DNA of 64,000 bases, from NCBI GenBank assembly GCA_016201065.1, contig JACQDL010000001.1, positions 36,708-100,707 on the forward strand. The letters are read 5' to 3'. The stretch comes from Actinomycetota bacterium. Lineage in GTDB: Bacteria > Actinomycetota > Actinomycetes > Mycobacteriales > JACQDL01. The translations under genes and the position numbers were made by a program. Below the pieces are notes generated by a model. The model made no database searches, was not told where the DNA came from, and saw nothing but the letters and a program-made list of their open reading frames with translations. This document shows, one piece after another, positions 37,136 through 51,591 of this stretch (position 1 is its first letter; each line of letters begins with the position of its first letter).

Positions 37136-37161
37136 CTTTGTTGAACGTTCGCTAAACAAAG
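37136..37161. promoter_or_regulatory. Imperfect palindrome, probable TetR autoregulatory operator
   Basis: CTTTGTT-GAACGTTCGCTA-AACAAAG, AT-rich, ends 7 bp before the TetR start. Confidence 0.6.
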
Positions 37162-37168
37162 GGGTACC

Positions 37169-37798
37169 GTGGGGCGCCGACCGACCTGGACCGAACCGGA
37201 TCTGCTCCGAGCGGTGATGGCGGTGTTTCGCCGCAGGGGCTTCGCCCGGACATCCATCCGCGACCTGGCGGAGGCGACGGGCCTGCATCCGGGCAGCCTG
37301 TACCAGGCGTACGGCAGCAAGGAAGGCTTGTTCGCGGCGGCGGTCACCACCTACAACGAGCTGGTGGTCGAGCACCGGGTGCGCACCCATCTCGACGAGG
37401 CCGAGCCGCCGCTGCGCGGAATCGACACGTTCTTCGCCTCGACCTTCGACGACGACGGCGACGACGACTCCGCTGCCGACGGACCCAACCCGGGGTGCCT
37501 GCTGACGAACACCGCTGTCGAGGCGCACCTGCTACCCGGCACCAGTCGCGACGGGGTCGCCGCGGGCCTGAACCTGATCGAGCAAGGGTTCCAGCGAGTG
37601 CTGGAGCGCGCCCGCCAGGCCGGGCAGATCAACCCCACCGCCGCGACCGACCAACTCGCCGCCCAGCTGCTTGCCCTCTACCAGGGCGTGCTGGTGTTGG
37701 TGCGGTTCGGCGCGCCCACGACGAAGCTCGCCGCCATCGTCGCCCACGCCGTTCCCGCGATCATCGCATCCGGCCACCACGCGGAAGGATCGACCTGA
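37169..37798 (+). CDS. TetR/AcrR-family regulator
   Basis: F.RRGFARTSIRDLAEATGLHPGSLYQAYGSKEGLF; GCLLTNTAVE. Confidence 0.92.
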   Translation: MGRRPTWTEPDLLRAVMAVFRRRGFARTSIRDLAEATGLHPGSLYQAYGSKEGLFAAAVTTYNELVVEHRVRTHLDEAEPPLRGIDTFFASTFDDDGDDDSAADGPNPGCLLTNTAVEAHLLPGTSRDGVAAGLNLIEQGFQRVLERARQAGQINPTAATDQLAAQLLALYQGVLVLVRFGAPTTKLAAIVAHAVPAIIASGHHAEGST

Positions 37799-37800
37799 CC

Positions 37801-38172
37801 ATGTACACCGAGATCTGGAGTGCCTACGCCAGCGCATGGTCGGCTCCCGAGCCACAGCGCCATGACCTGCTCGACCGGCACGTCTGCCCGGACGTCGCCT
37901 ACCGGGACCCGGCGACGGAGGTACGTGGCCGCGACGCGCTGTCGACCTACATGCACTCCTTCCAGCAGGGCTTTCCGGGGCACGAGTTCGCCATCGTGTC
38001 CGTCGAGTCCCACCACGGCCGGTCGCTGGCCCGCTGGGAGCTCCGGGACCACGCCGGTAGGCCGGTTCAGGCCGGCATCAGCCACGCCGTCCACGACGAG
38101 CAGCAGCGGCTCGCCGACGTCACCGGATTCTTCGCGGTCCCACCGCAGGCTGCCCCACCGGCGGACCGTTGA
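37801..38172 (+). CDS. SnoaL-like / NTF2 fold protein
   Basis: Y..AWS...[16 protein letters not shown]...FQQGFPG.EF; coupled to TetR. Confidence 0.8.
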   Translation: MYTEIWSAYASAWSAPEPQRHDLLDRHVCPDVAYRDPATEVRGRDALSTYMHSFQQGFPGHEFAIVSVESHHGRSLARWELRDHAGRPVQAGISHAVHDEQQRLADVTGFFAVPPQAAPPADR

Positions 38173-38827
38173 CGGCCCCGACCAGCCGCTCCCGCAACGC
38201 GCGAGCGGCCGCCTCCGGATCGGTGGCCTCGGTGATCGCCCGGACCACCACGATCCGTCGGGCGCCGGCGGCCAGCACCGAGTCCAACCGTTGTTCGTCG
38301 ATGCCGCCGATGGCGAACCACGGCCGGCTGCCGGGCTCGGCCGGCGGAGCGATCCCGGCGACGTAGCGGACCAGATCCAGACCGGGCGCCGGCCGGCCGG
38401 GCTTGGTGGGCGTCGGCCAGCAGGGGCCGACCGAGAAGTAGTCCGTGCCCGCTTCGGTGGCGGCAGCCAGAGCCTGGTCCAGGTCGTGGCTGGAACGGCC
38501 GATCACCGGATCCGATCCGACGATCCGGCGCGCGCCGGACACTGGCAGGTCATCCTGGCCGAGGTGGAGCACCGGCGAACCGGACACCGCGGCGACGTCG
38601 GCGCGGTCGTTGACCGCCCACAGCGCGCCGTATCGTGCGGTGACCGCCGCGAACAGGTCGGCGTAGGCCAGCTCCGCGCGGGCCTCCAGCCCCTTCTGCC
38701 GCAGCTGCACGATGTCGACGCCGCCGCGTAGCGCGGCGTCCAGGAACTGCGCGAGATCCCCCTGCCGCTCCCGCGCGTCGGTGCACAGGTACAGCCGGGC
38801 CGAGGCCAGCCGGTCGCGCGCGTTCAT
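38120..38827 (-). CDS. thiE: Thiamine-phosphate synthase
   Basis: [47 protein letters not shown]. Confidence 0.95.
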   Translation of the reverse strand: MNARDRLASARLYLCTDARERQGDLAQFLDAALRGGVDIVQLRQKGLEARAELAYADLFAAVTARYGALWAVNDRADVAAVSGSPVLHLGQDDLPVSGARRIVGSDPVIGRSSHDLDQALAAATEAGTDYFSVGPCWPTPTKPGRPAPGLDLVRYVAGIAPPAEPGSRPWFAIGGIDEQRLDSVLAAGARRIVVVRAITEATDPEAAARALRERLVGAVNGPPVGQPAVGPRRIR

Positions 38828-38837
38828 CCCGGCGCCC

Positions 38838-39233
38838 TCAGAAGCCGAGGGCCTGGGCCCGCCGCTTGACCTCGGTGCTGCGTCCGGCCCGGATGGCCCG
38901 CATCGGCGTGCCCTCCAGCGAGGGGTCCTCGGTGAACAGCCAGCCGATCGCCTCGTCGTCGGAGTAGCCGGCGTCGGCGAGCACCGTCAGCAGCCCCGGC
39001 AGCCCCCGGACGATCTGCGGCTCCTCGACCATGAGGAAGTCGGCCGGCAGGCGGAGCACACCGTCCGGCCCGCGCACCGCCGCAAGGGAATGCTCGTGGA
39101 CCAGTTGGAGCACCCGCCGGTAGGTCAGCCCGAGCCGTTCGGCCGCGGTGGCGACCGGTATCCATTCCACCCTGTCGATCACCGGGACAGAGTGCCACGG
39201 AACCCGCGGCAGCCCAGATTCGGGGGTCACCAC
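38838..39233 (-). CDS. Rv2175c-family DNA-binding protein
   Basis: N-terminal [39 protein letters not shown]. Confidence 0.88.
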   Translation of the reverse strand: MVTPESGLPRVPWHSVPVIDRVEWIPVATAAERLGLTYRRVLQLVHEHSLAAVRGPDGVLRLPADFLMVEEPQIVRGLPGLLTVLADAGYSDDEAIGWLFTEDPSLEGTPMRAIRAGRSTEVKRRAQALGF

Positions 39234-39278
39234 GCCGTGCCGTCGCGGGCATCCGCGGAGCGTGCGCAGCGGTCCCGC

Positions 39279-39875
39279 TCAACCGCCCGCGTTCTGGTGC
39301 TCGGCGAAGGAGAAGCTGCCGGCAAGGTCGTTGATCGTGACATCGAGCAGGAGCTGCTGGCGGCCGGTGGGGTGCGCCACGCACTGCACCGACTCCGGCG
39401 GGTCGACGACCAGCACCGCATGGTCCCCACAGTCGACCCGGACCGGCACGCCGGCCTTCTGCGACGCCTGCGCGACCAGCGCCTCCTCCAGCTTCTGCAC
39501 CGGCACGATGGCCTGGTCGTTGGCTGCGGTGTAGAGGCCGTTGTCGGCGCGCAGCACCCGAATCCGGACCGGCTCGCCCTCCACGGTGATCACGCAGAAC
39601 TCGGCCTTGTCCCTGATCAGCGCGAGCCGTTCCGGGCACGCGGCCGGGCCGACCACCAGCGGGGCAAGCGTGGCGGCGAGCTTCCGGTCGATGAACGCCG
39701 CCACATCGCCGCCGGCAACCGGAGGTGGCGGGGGCGGGGGGCCGGTGGTCTTGCGGGCGCAGCCACCCCCCGCGACGAGGACCGGCACGATGAGCAGCGT
39801 CGCGGCGACCCGCCACCGGGGGTGGGTCGGACCCGGCCACCCGGTGGCGAGCGGCATTCTGCGCAACACGGACAT
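39279..39875 (-). CDS. Secreted/membrane protein with two Cys-containing DUF4333-like repeats
   Basis: Hydrophobic segment, poly-Pro linker, CP...FC and VDCG...VQC motifs. Confidence 0.6.
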   Translation of the reverse strand: MSVLRRMPLATGWPGPTHPRWRVAATLLIVPVLVAGGGCARKTTGPPPPPPPVAGGDVAAFIDRKLAATLAPLVVGPAACPERLALIRDKAEFCVITVEGEPVRIRVLRADNGLYTAANDQAIVPVQKLEEALVAQASQKAGVPVRVDCGDHAVLVVDPPESVQCVAHPTGRQQLLLDVTINDLAGSFSFAEHQNAGG

Positions 39876-39902
39876 AACCTAGACCGGTCGGCGGCCCGGC
39901 CG

Positions 39903-40913
<1,011 letters not shown>

Positions 40914-40917
<4 letters not shown>

Positions 40918-42074
40918 GTTTCGGCCCGCGCATCGACCAGCCGGTCGAGGGTGAACGGCGCGGCGACGTCGGGCAGCACGCCCTCGACGAGATACCCGGC
41001 GACCGCGTCGGCGGTCACCGGTGCCAGCAGGATCCCGTTCCGGTGGTGCCCGGTGGCGTACACGAGCCCGGCCAGCGGGCCGGGGCCGAGGATCGGCGCG
41101 TTGTCCGGCGTTCCCGGCCGGAGCCCGGCGTCACACTCCGCGAGGGTCAGCTCGGTGACACCGGGCACGAGGTCGTGCGCGTCGCGCAGGAGCTGGTAGA
41201 CGCCGCCGGCGGTGACACCGGTGTCGAACCCCTGCTCCTCGGCGGTCGCGCCAACGACGACCTCCCCGTTCGCCCTTGGCACGAGGTAGACATGGCTGCC
41301 CCGGGTCGTGCCGCGCACGGTGCGGGCCAGCAGTCCCGGGTGTCCCGCCGGCAGCCGCAACCGCAGGATCTGCCCCTTGACCGGGCGGACCGGGGGCACC
41401 GCCCGATCGGGTAACCCAGCCACCTCCCCGGACCACGAGCCGGCGGCGAGCACGACCTGACCGGCAGCGAGCACCTCGTCGTCGTCGAGGCGGACACCGA
41501 CGACCCGGTCACCCAGCACCCGAAACTCGGTGACCCGGGCGCGCCACAGGGTGCCACCCGCCGCCTCCACCGCGGTGATCAAGGCCGCGGTCAGGGCCCT
41601 GTTGTCGACCTGATGGTCGCCGGCCACGAGCAGTCCCCCGGTGACCCCTGGCGCCAGCATCGGCTCCAGCGACCGGCACTCACGACCGGACAGCCACTGC
41701 GCGGCCAGCCCCAACGACGTCTGGAACGTGTGCAGCTCCCGCAGCGCCGCCCGGTCGTCGGCGTCCAGCGCGACGGCGAGCGTGCCGGTGGCGCGGTACT
41801 CCGTCGGGCGGCCGGTCACGGCCTCCAGCTCGTCGATGAAGGATGGGTAGCGGGCGGCCGAGGCAAGGCTGAGGGCGAGCAGCGGCTGCTCGCCGTACTG
41901 CACCTCGTTGACGGCTGCGAGCATCCCGCCGGCCACCCGGGACGCGCCAGCCCCCGGCCGGGGGTCGATGACCGCGACCCGCAGCCCGGCGGCGGCCGCA
42001 CGCCACCCCACCGACAGGCCGATCACCCCGCCCCCGACAATCACCACGTCATGGGCAACCCGCCGCGAACTCAT
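40914..42074 (-). CDS. thiO: Glycine oxidase
   Basis: GGGVIG, ASRVAGGML, PVKGQIL, GLRPGTPDNAP, ATGHHRNGILLAP. Confidence 0.95.
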
Positions 42075-42080
42075 CGCGCG

Positions 42081-42172
42081 GCCCTCCCTTCGCCGGCATG
42101 ACCCGGATCAGGTTCGACGGTCGGGGGCGGTCAGCCCCCCTCTCAGCCCGGTACCGCCGGGCTCCCGTGTCC
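42081..42172 (-). ncRNA. TPP riboswitch
   Basis: Minus strand GGGAGCCCGG...GGGCTGAGAGG...GACCGTCGAACCTGATCCGGGTCATGCCGGCGAAGGGA directly upstream of thiO. Confidence 0.95.
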
Positions 42173-42191
42173 GCGGCCCAGCGTAGACCAG

Positions 42192-42247
42192 CACCCCGGG
42201 GCCGGCCAGCACCCCCGAAGCCGGCTGGCACCCCCGAAGCCGGCTGG
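42192..42247. repeat. 19-bp tandem repeat (CACCCCCGAAGCCGGCTGG x2 plus a degenerate third copy) in the thiO/kinase divergent spacer
   Basis: Exact copies at 42210-42228 and 42229-42247; related copy at 42192-42209. Confidence 0.85.
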
Positions 42248-42263
42248 CGACCGTAAACTCGCC

Positions 42264-44258
42264 ATGGTGGACTCCACGCTGACCGATCCCCTGCTGGGTG
42301 CCGTGCTCGACGGTCGGTACCGGGTGGATGCCGTGCTGGCCCGCGGTGGGATGTCGATCGTGTACACCGGCACCGATCTGCGGCTGGAGCGTCCCGTCGC
42401 GGTGAAGGTGATGTCTCCGGCGCTGGCCGGCACCGGGGACTTCGCCGAGAAGTTCACCCGCGAGGCGCGCTCGGCGGCACGGTTGTCCCATCCGAACGTG
42501 GTCTCGGTCTACGACCAGGGCTCGGACCACGGCCACACGTTCCTGATCATGGAGCTGGTCCGCGGCCGGACCCTGCGCGACCTGCTGCGGCACGGTCCGG
42601 TCTCGCCCGCGCTGGCGGTCACCATCATGGAGTCGGTGCTCTCGGCGCTCGCGGCCGCCCACCGCGCTGGGCTCGTGCACCGCGACATCAAGCCCGAGAA
42701 CGTGCTGCTGTCGGTCGACGGGGCGGTCAAGGTCGCCGACTTCGGGCTGGCCAGGGCGGTGGCGCAGGCCAGCGCGAGCCAGACCGCGGTCGTGATGGGC
42801 ACCGTCGCCTACGTGGCGCCGGAGCAGGTCAGCCATGGCCTGGCGGACGCCCGCAGCGACGTGTACTCGGCCGGCATCCTCCTCTACGAGCTGCTGACCG
42901 GCGCACCGCCGTACCACGGCGACCACGCCGTGTCGGTCGCCTACCGGCACGTGCACGATGACGTGCCGCCGCCGTCGGCGACCGATCCCCGGATCCAGGC
43001 TCCGCTGGACCAGCTCACCGTGCGGGTGACCCGCCGCGACCCCTCGGCCAGGCCGGCCGACGCTGCGGCGTTCCTCGCCGAGCTCCGCGCGGCCAGGTCC
43101 GCGCTCGGCCTGCCCACCGTCGCGATCCCGACCAGCGGCGAGGTGGGCGCCGAGCCCGGCGCCACGATCCCGGCCACGCTCAGCCATCCGGCCGGCAGCC
43201 AGCCCACGAGCAGCCAGCCCACGAGCAGCCACCTCGGTGGCTTCCCGCTGCGGGGCTCACCCGACCGGCCGCACCCGACCGCCATGCTCCCGGCGGCCAT
43301 GCTCCCGGAGGCCCAGGCCGTTCCGCTGCTGCGACCCCTGACGGGTCCACCGCCGTACACCGAGCAGCAGCGGTACCGGCGCCGGCACCGGATCGGGCTG
43401 GCCGTGGTGCTCGCCGTCGGCCTGGTCGTCGGCAGCATCGGCTGGTGGTACGGCACCGGACGGTGGGCCACCGTGCCGGCCGTGGACGGGATGGCCCGGC
43501 AGAGCGCGGTCAACACGCTGGCCAAGGCGGGGCTGAAGGCGGCCATCGGCACCGCCGTCTACGACGACGGTCACCGGTCGGGAACGGTGGCCCGCACCGA
43601 CCCGCCGGCCGGGCACCAGGTGATCCTCGGCCACACGGTCACCCTGCACCTGTCGAAGGGACCCGCCCCGAGCACGGTGCCCGACGTCCGCGGCGATCGG
43701 CGCGCCGACGCGGTGGACGCCCTCGCCAGCCTCGGCCTCACGGTGCGGGTCACCCAGGTACCGGACAACTCGGTGTCGCCCGGGCGGGTCACGCGGACCT
43801 TCCCCGGGGCCGGCAGCCCGATCACCCCGAACATGTCGATCACCCTGTACCTGAGCACCGGACCGGGCCGGGTCCGCATCCCCGACGTCACCGGCCAGGA
43901 CCCGGACGCGGCCACGGCGACGCTCCGTGACGTCGGTCTCGTCGTCTCCGGGCAACAACAGCAGCAGAGCGACTCGGTGCCGGCCGGAAAGGTGGCCGGC
44001 ACCGACCCGGCAGCCGGCAAGAACGTCGACGCCGGCAGTTCGGTGCAGTTGCTGGTCAGCGCTGGCGCGACGTCGGTCACCGTCCCGCTGGTGATCGGCA
44101 TGTCGCGGACCGCGGCGGTCGAGCGGCTGAAGAAGGCGGGGTTCGCCGTCAACGTGACCGGCCTGCTCGGGCAGAAGCGCGGCACGGTCTTCTCCCAGGA
44201 TCCGCCTCCGTTCACCTCGGCACCGGCCGGATCGACGGTCACCATCGGGCTGATCTAG
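42264..44258 (+). CDS. Stk1/PknL-type Ser/Thr kinase with TM segment and PASTA domains
   Basis: ARGGMS.VY, VAVK, HRDIKPEN, DFG, APE; TM about aa 380-400; repeated VPDV.G PASTA units. Confidence 0.93.
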   Translation: MVDSTLTDPLLGAVLDGRYRVDAVLARGGMSIVYTGTDLRLERPVAVKVMSPALAGTGDFAEKFTREARSAARLSHPNVVSVYDQGSDHGHTFLIMELVRGRTLRDLLRHGPVSPALAVTIMESVLSALAAAHRAGLVHRDIKPENVLLSVDGAVKVADFGLARAVAQASASQTAVVMGTVAYVAPEQVSHGLADARSDVYSAGILLYELLTGAPPYHGDHAVSVAYRHVHDDVPPPSATDPRIQAPLDQLTVRVTRRDPSARPADAAAFLAELRAARSALGLPTVAIPTSGEVGAEPGATIPATLSHPAGSQPTSSQPTSSHLGGFPLRGSPDRPHPTAMLPAAMLPEAQAVPLLRPLTGPPPYTEQQRYRRRHRIGLAVVLAVGLVVGSIGWWYGTGRWATVPAVDGMARQSAVNTLAKAGLKAAIGTAVYDDGHRSGTVARTDPPAGHQVILGHTVTLHLSKGPAPSTVPDVRGDRRADAVDALASLGLTVRVTQVPDNSVSPGRVTRTFPGAGSPITPNMSITLYLSTGPGRVRIPDVTGQDPDAATATLRDVGLVVSGQQQQQSDSVPAGKVAGTDPAAGKNVDAGSSVQLLVSAGATSVTVPLVIGMSRTAAVERLKKAGFAVNVTGLLGQKRGTVFSQDPPPFTSAPAGSTVTIGLI

Positions 44259-45139
44259 TGCCGCTGCGCCCACTGATCGGTGCCCACGTGCCGGTCGCCG
44301 GCGGCCTGCTCCGCGGCGTGGAGTACGCCGATCGGGTCGGTGCCGAGGTCATCCAGATCTTCGCCGCGAACGCACGCCGGTGGGGCTGGCAGGACCCCGA
44401 CCCGGTGCAGGACGTGGCGTTCCAGGCTGGCACCGCGGACCGCGGCGTGCCGGTGTTCGTGCACGCGTCGTACCTGATCAATGTCGGCTCGGCGGACCCC
44501 GCGATCCGGCGGCGATCCCTCGCGGCGCTGACCCACGCGGTGGACCGCGCAGCCGACCTCGGCGCCCGGGGAGTGGTCGTGCACACCGGCTCCGCGGTCG
44601 GAGCCGCCCGCAACGGCCGGCGTGGTTGCCTGGTCAGCGGTCCGATCTCGACCCGGCTACGCGATCTCCTGCTGCCGGTGCTGGACCGTGGTGGCGCGCT
44701 CGGGCTGCGGCTGCTCGTGGAGCCCACCGCGGGAGGCGGCACGTCGCTGGCGTCCCGGGTCGAGCATCTCGGCCCGTACTTCGACGCGCTGGACCGGCAC
44801 CCGGCGCTCGGCGTCTGCCTGGACACCTGCCACCTCTGGGCCGCCGGGCACGATCTCGCGGCCGACGGCGGCCTCGCCGCCACGCTGGACGCGCTGGTCG
44901 AGGCGGTCGGCCCGGACCGGGTCGGGCTGGTGCACGCCAACGGGTCCCGGGATGGGCTCGGTTCGGGCCGGGACCGGCACGAGTCCCTGGCGGCCGGGAT
45001 GCTGGACACCAGCGCGTTCCGCCAGCTCCTCGCGAACGACGCGTTGCGGGAGGTACCCGTCGTAGTCGAGACCGCGACCGAGGGGCACCGGGCCGACATC
45101 GCGCTGTTGAAGGGCCTCCGGGACGGGCTGGCCGGCTAG
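44258..45139 (+). CDS. nfo: Deoxyribonuclease IV (AP endonuclease)
   Basis: IGAHV, VHASYLIN, VVHTGS, EPTAG, CLDTCH, H.N.S......RDRH, ET. Confidence 0.88.
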   Translation: MPLRPLIGAHVPVAGGLLRGVEYADRVGAEVIQIFAANARRWGWQDPDPVQDVAFQAGTADRGVPVFVHASYLINVGSADPAIRRRSLAALTHAVDRAADLGARGVVVHTGSAVGAARNGRRGCLVSGPISTRLRDLLLPVLDRGGALGLRLLVEPTAGGGTSLASRVEHLGPYFDALDRHPALGVCLDTCHLWAAGHDLAADGGLAATLDALVEAVGPDRVGLVHANGSRDGLGSGRDRHESLAAGMLDTSAFRQLLANDALREVPVVVETATEGHRADIALLKGLRDGLAG

Positions 45140-45149
45140 TCTGCGCTGC

Positions 45150-45356
45150 GTGACCAGGCAGGCGGCCAGCGAGCTCGCGGTGTGGGCGTCGGCCAGCGGG
45201 CTGCACGTGGCCGGGGCGCTGGTGGCCTTCGTCGCCTCCTTCGTGTCGGCCGGGCTGGCCCGCCGCAGCCGGGCCGAACCGGCGGCGCTGGCCTTGCTGC
45301 TCACCGCGGTCGCCCTGTTCGCCGCCGCGACCTACCTCACCCTCGGGGCAGGATGA
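45150..45356 (+). CDS. Small hypothetical membrane protein
   Basis: 68 aa with two hydrophobic segments; fills the nfo-aroF gap. Confidence 0.45.
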   Translation: MTRQAASELAVWASASGLHVAGALVAFVASFVSAGLARRSRAEPAALALLLTAVALFAAATYLTLGAG

Positions 45357-45445
45357 ACCCGTGGGAGGTGCGCCACCGGGTCGGCCCGGGGCGCCCGCCG
45401 GTGGTCGGTTACGCTTCGGCCGCCAGAACCCACCGCATCACGCCT

Positions 45446-45469
45446 GCCCCGGGCCATCAGGTCCGGGGC
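45446..45469 (+). promoter_or_regulatory. GC-rich hairpin 23 nt upstream of the type I DAHP synthase
   Basis: GCCCCGGGCC-ATCA-GGTCCGGGGC: 10-bp stem with one G-U pair. Confidence 0.4.
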
Positions 45470-45492
45470 TCCGTCGTCGTCTGGAGAGACTG

Positions 45493-46524
45493 ATGGTCAT
45501 CGTGATGGCTGCCGGCGCCACCGACGCGGAGCTGGCCGAGATGATCGGCCAGGTGGAGGCCGCCGGCGGCGCCGCGTTCGTCTCCCGCGGGGTCTCCCGC
45601 ACGATCGTCGGCGTGATCGGGCACGAGGACGTGCTGGAATCGCTCGACCTGGGCACCCTGCCGTCGGTCAGCGAGGTGGTCCGGATCACCGCGCCGTACA
45701 AGCTGGTCAGCCAGGAGCACCACGCCGGCACGTCGACGGTCACCGTCGGTGGCGTCCCGATCGGGCCGGACACCTTCACCCTGATCGCCGGGCCGTGCGC
45801 GGTGGAGACCCCCGAGCAGACCCTCGCGGCCGCGCTGATGGCCAAGAAGGCGGGCGCCACGCTCCTGCGTGGGGGTGCCTACAAGCCGAGGACCTCCCCC
45901 TACGCGTTCCAGGGGCTCGGGCTGGCGGGGCTGCGGATCCTCGCCGACGTACGCGCGGAGTCCGGCCTGCCGGTCGTCACCGAGATCGTCGACCCGGCCG
46001 ACATCGACGTCGTGTGCGAGTACGCCGACATGCTCCAGGTCGGCACCCGCAACATGCAGAACTTCCCGCTGCTCCAGGCGGTCGGGTCGGCCGGCAAGCC
46101 GGTCCTGCTCAAGCGCGGCCTCGCCGCGACGTACGAGGAGTGGCTGATGGCCGCCGAGTACGTGGCGCAGCGCGGCAACCTCGACATCGTGCTGTGCGAG
46201 CGGGGCATCCGGACCTTCGAACCGGACACCCGAAACACGTTGGATGTGTCAGCAGTGCCGATGGTCCACCGGATGTCGCACCTGCCGATCATCGTCGACC
46301 CGTCGCACGCGGCCGGCCGGCGTGACCTCGTGGTCCCGCTGGCCCGGGCCGGGATCGCGGCCGGCGCGGACGGGATCATGGTCGACGTGCACCCGCAGCC
46401 GGAGGCGGCGCTGTGCGACGGCGGCCAGGCGCTGCACGACGCCACCCTCGCCGAGCTCGCTGAGGCGGTGGCCACACTCCCCGCGTTGCTGGGCCGGCGC
46501 TCCGCGGTCCGGATGCTGCCCTGA
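45493..46524 (+). CDS. aroF: DAHP synthase type I-beta with N-terminal regulatory domain
   Basis: MVIVM...GVSRTIVGVIG; IAGPCAVE, RGGAYKPRTSPYAFQG, LLKRG, LCERGIRTFE, DPSH. Confidence 0.92.
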   Translation: MVIVMAAGATDAELAEMIGQVEAAGGAAFVSRGVSRTIVGVIGHEDVLESLDLGTLPSVSEVVRITAPYKLVSQEHHAGTSTVTVGGVPIGPDTFTLIAGPCAVETPEQTLAAALMAKKAGATLLRGGAYKPRTSPYAFQGLGLAGLRILADVRAESGLPVVTEIVDPADIDVVCEYADMLQVGTRNMQNFPLLQAVGSAGKPVLLKRGLAATYEEWLMAAEYVAQRGNLDIVLCERGIRTFEPDTRNTLDVSAVPMVHRMSHLPIIVDPSHAAGRRDLVVPLARAGIAAGADGIMVDVHPQPEAALCDGGQALHDATLAELAEAVATLPALLGRRSAVRMLP

Positions 46525-46528
46525 CCGG

Positions 46529-47486
46529 TCAGGCTGCCCGCGATCCGGCCATCCGGTCGAGCCGGGCAGGACCATCGAGCCGGGCAGCACCATCGAGCCC
46601 GACGAGGTCGGAGAAACGGACCAACCGGAATCCGCGGGTCCGCAGCCCCGCCACGATCCTCGGCAACGCCACCGCCGTCATCGGTGCGGTACCCGCCGAG
46701 ATGTGCATGACCACGATCGAGCCGTCGCGCACCGCCGCGAGCGTATGCGCGACGATGGCGTCCGGGTCCCGCCCGAACGCGTCCCCGCTGGCCACGTCGA
46801 AGCCGGCGACCGTCAACCGCAGCGGCGCCAGGGCCGCCCGCGCCCGGTCGTCGTAGCAGCCGCCGGGAAACCGGAAGTACGGCGTCAGCCGTGGCACCAG
46901 CTGCTGCAGCACGGCAGCGGCCCGGACCACGTCGGCCCGCATCCCGGACCACGGCAGCGGGCTGAGCGTGTAGCAGCGCGGGGTGAACGCCCCGTGCGCG
47001 AAGGAGTGGTTGCCCACCTCGAACATCGGGTCGGCGGCGATCCGCCGGACCTCCGTGGGGTACCGCTGCGCCCACATGCCGGTGAGGAAGAACGAGGCGG
47101 GCACCCGCAGCCGGACCAGCTCGTCGATCACGGCCGGGTTGGCGTAGGACGCCACCGCGCCGGTGTCGAGCCGGTGCCACATGACGGGTGTCATGTCGCC
47201 ATCAAAGGTCAACGCGACGAGCGGGCGATCCCGCGGCCCGTGCGCGACCACCGCCGGCAGGCCGCGGGAGTCCGGTGGCAGCCTCGGAGCACCGGCCGGC
47301 GCCGCCCCCGCGGGCACGCTGGTGCCCGTCGGGCTGGGCCCGGCTGGCGTGCCGGCCGGCGTGCCGGCTGCGGTCGCCGCGCCCGGCCGGTCCGCGGCGG
47401 CATGGCGCCAGTCCGGCGCCCGGGCCAGCGTGACCAGGCTCGCAGCGGCCGCCACCGCGACCGCCACCACCAGCCCGCGGCGATGC

Positions 47487-47497
<11 letters not shown>
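46529..47497 (-). CDS. Secreted polysaccharide deacetylase (NodB domain)
   Basis: Signal-like N-terminus; [31 protein letters not shown]. Confidence 0.88.
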
Positions 47498-50923
<3,426 letters not shown>

Positions 50924-51037
50924 GGCCACGTCTCCCTTGTGGTTTCGTCAGCTAGGTCGCTACAGGTGTCACCAGCCACGCTAGCGGCCTTTCGGCGCCC
51001 CCCCGCCAGCGACCCGCGACGGCGTACCGGTGTCGGA

Positions 51038-51541
51038 TCAGCCGCTGGCGAGGTCGGCGTGGGCCGCCTCGATGGCTCGCCACCGCGCCAGGTTGTGCCG
51101 GGCATCGGCCAGCGCGTCGTGCTGATCGGCTGGAGCCGGTGGCAGCGCCATCCGGCCCGCGTCCTCCCAGCGCTGGCGCAGCTCGTGGGTGAACCGGGGG
51201 ATCACCCGTGGCAGCGCCGGCATGGCGCCCCAGAGCTGGCACAGCGCGACGTGGTCGTAGGCGGAGTACCAGGCCCACAGCTCGATCCCCTCGCCGGGCT
51301 CGGTGAGGAACGCAAGCAGGTCGGCGCGGATCTGCCTGCGGCTCCGCCATGCCGGGTCGCCGGGGCTGGGCAGCTTGTCCAGCACATGGCGGCGCACCCA
51401 GGGGATCGCCCTGGTGGGATCGAAGTCGGTCGACACGGCGTAGAACTCCCGACCCGCCTCGTCCACCACACCGATGGAGACGAGGTCCACGGTCACCCCG
51501 TCCTCGATGAACTCGCAGTCGTAGAAATATCTGCGTGGCAC
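51038..51541 (-). CDS. DEDDh 3'-5' exoribonuclease (Rv2179c / RNase AS family)
   Basis: RYFYDCEFIEDG, WAWYSAYDHV, HDALADARH. Confidence 0.92.
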   Translation of the reverse strand: MPRRYFYDCEFIEDGVTVDLVSIGVVDEAGREFYAVSTDFDPTRAIPWVRRHVLDKLPSPGDPAWRSRRQIRADLLAFLTEPGEGIELWAWYSAYDHVALCQLWGAMPALPRVIPRFTHELRQRWEDAGRMALPPAPADQHDALADARHNLARWRAIEAAHADLASG

Positions 51542-51591
51542 CCGGCTACCCTACGGGTACGGCCGAGCGCGTGGAGGTGACGACGGGGCAG

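Noticed and set aside
45353-45493. Possible attenuator leader peptide upstream of aroF
   Set aside because: No run of Trp/Phe/Tyr codons in any frame and no U-tract after the hairpin.
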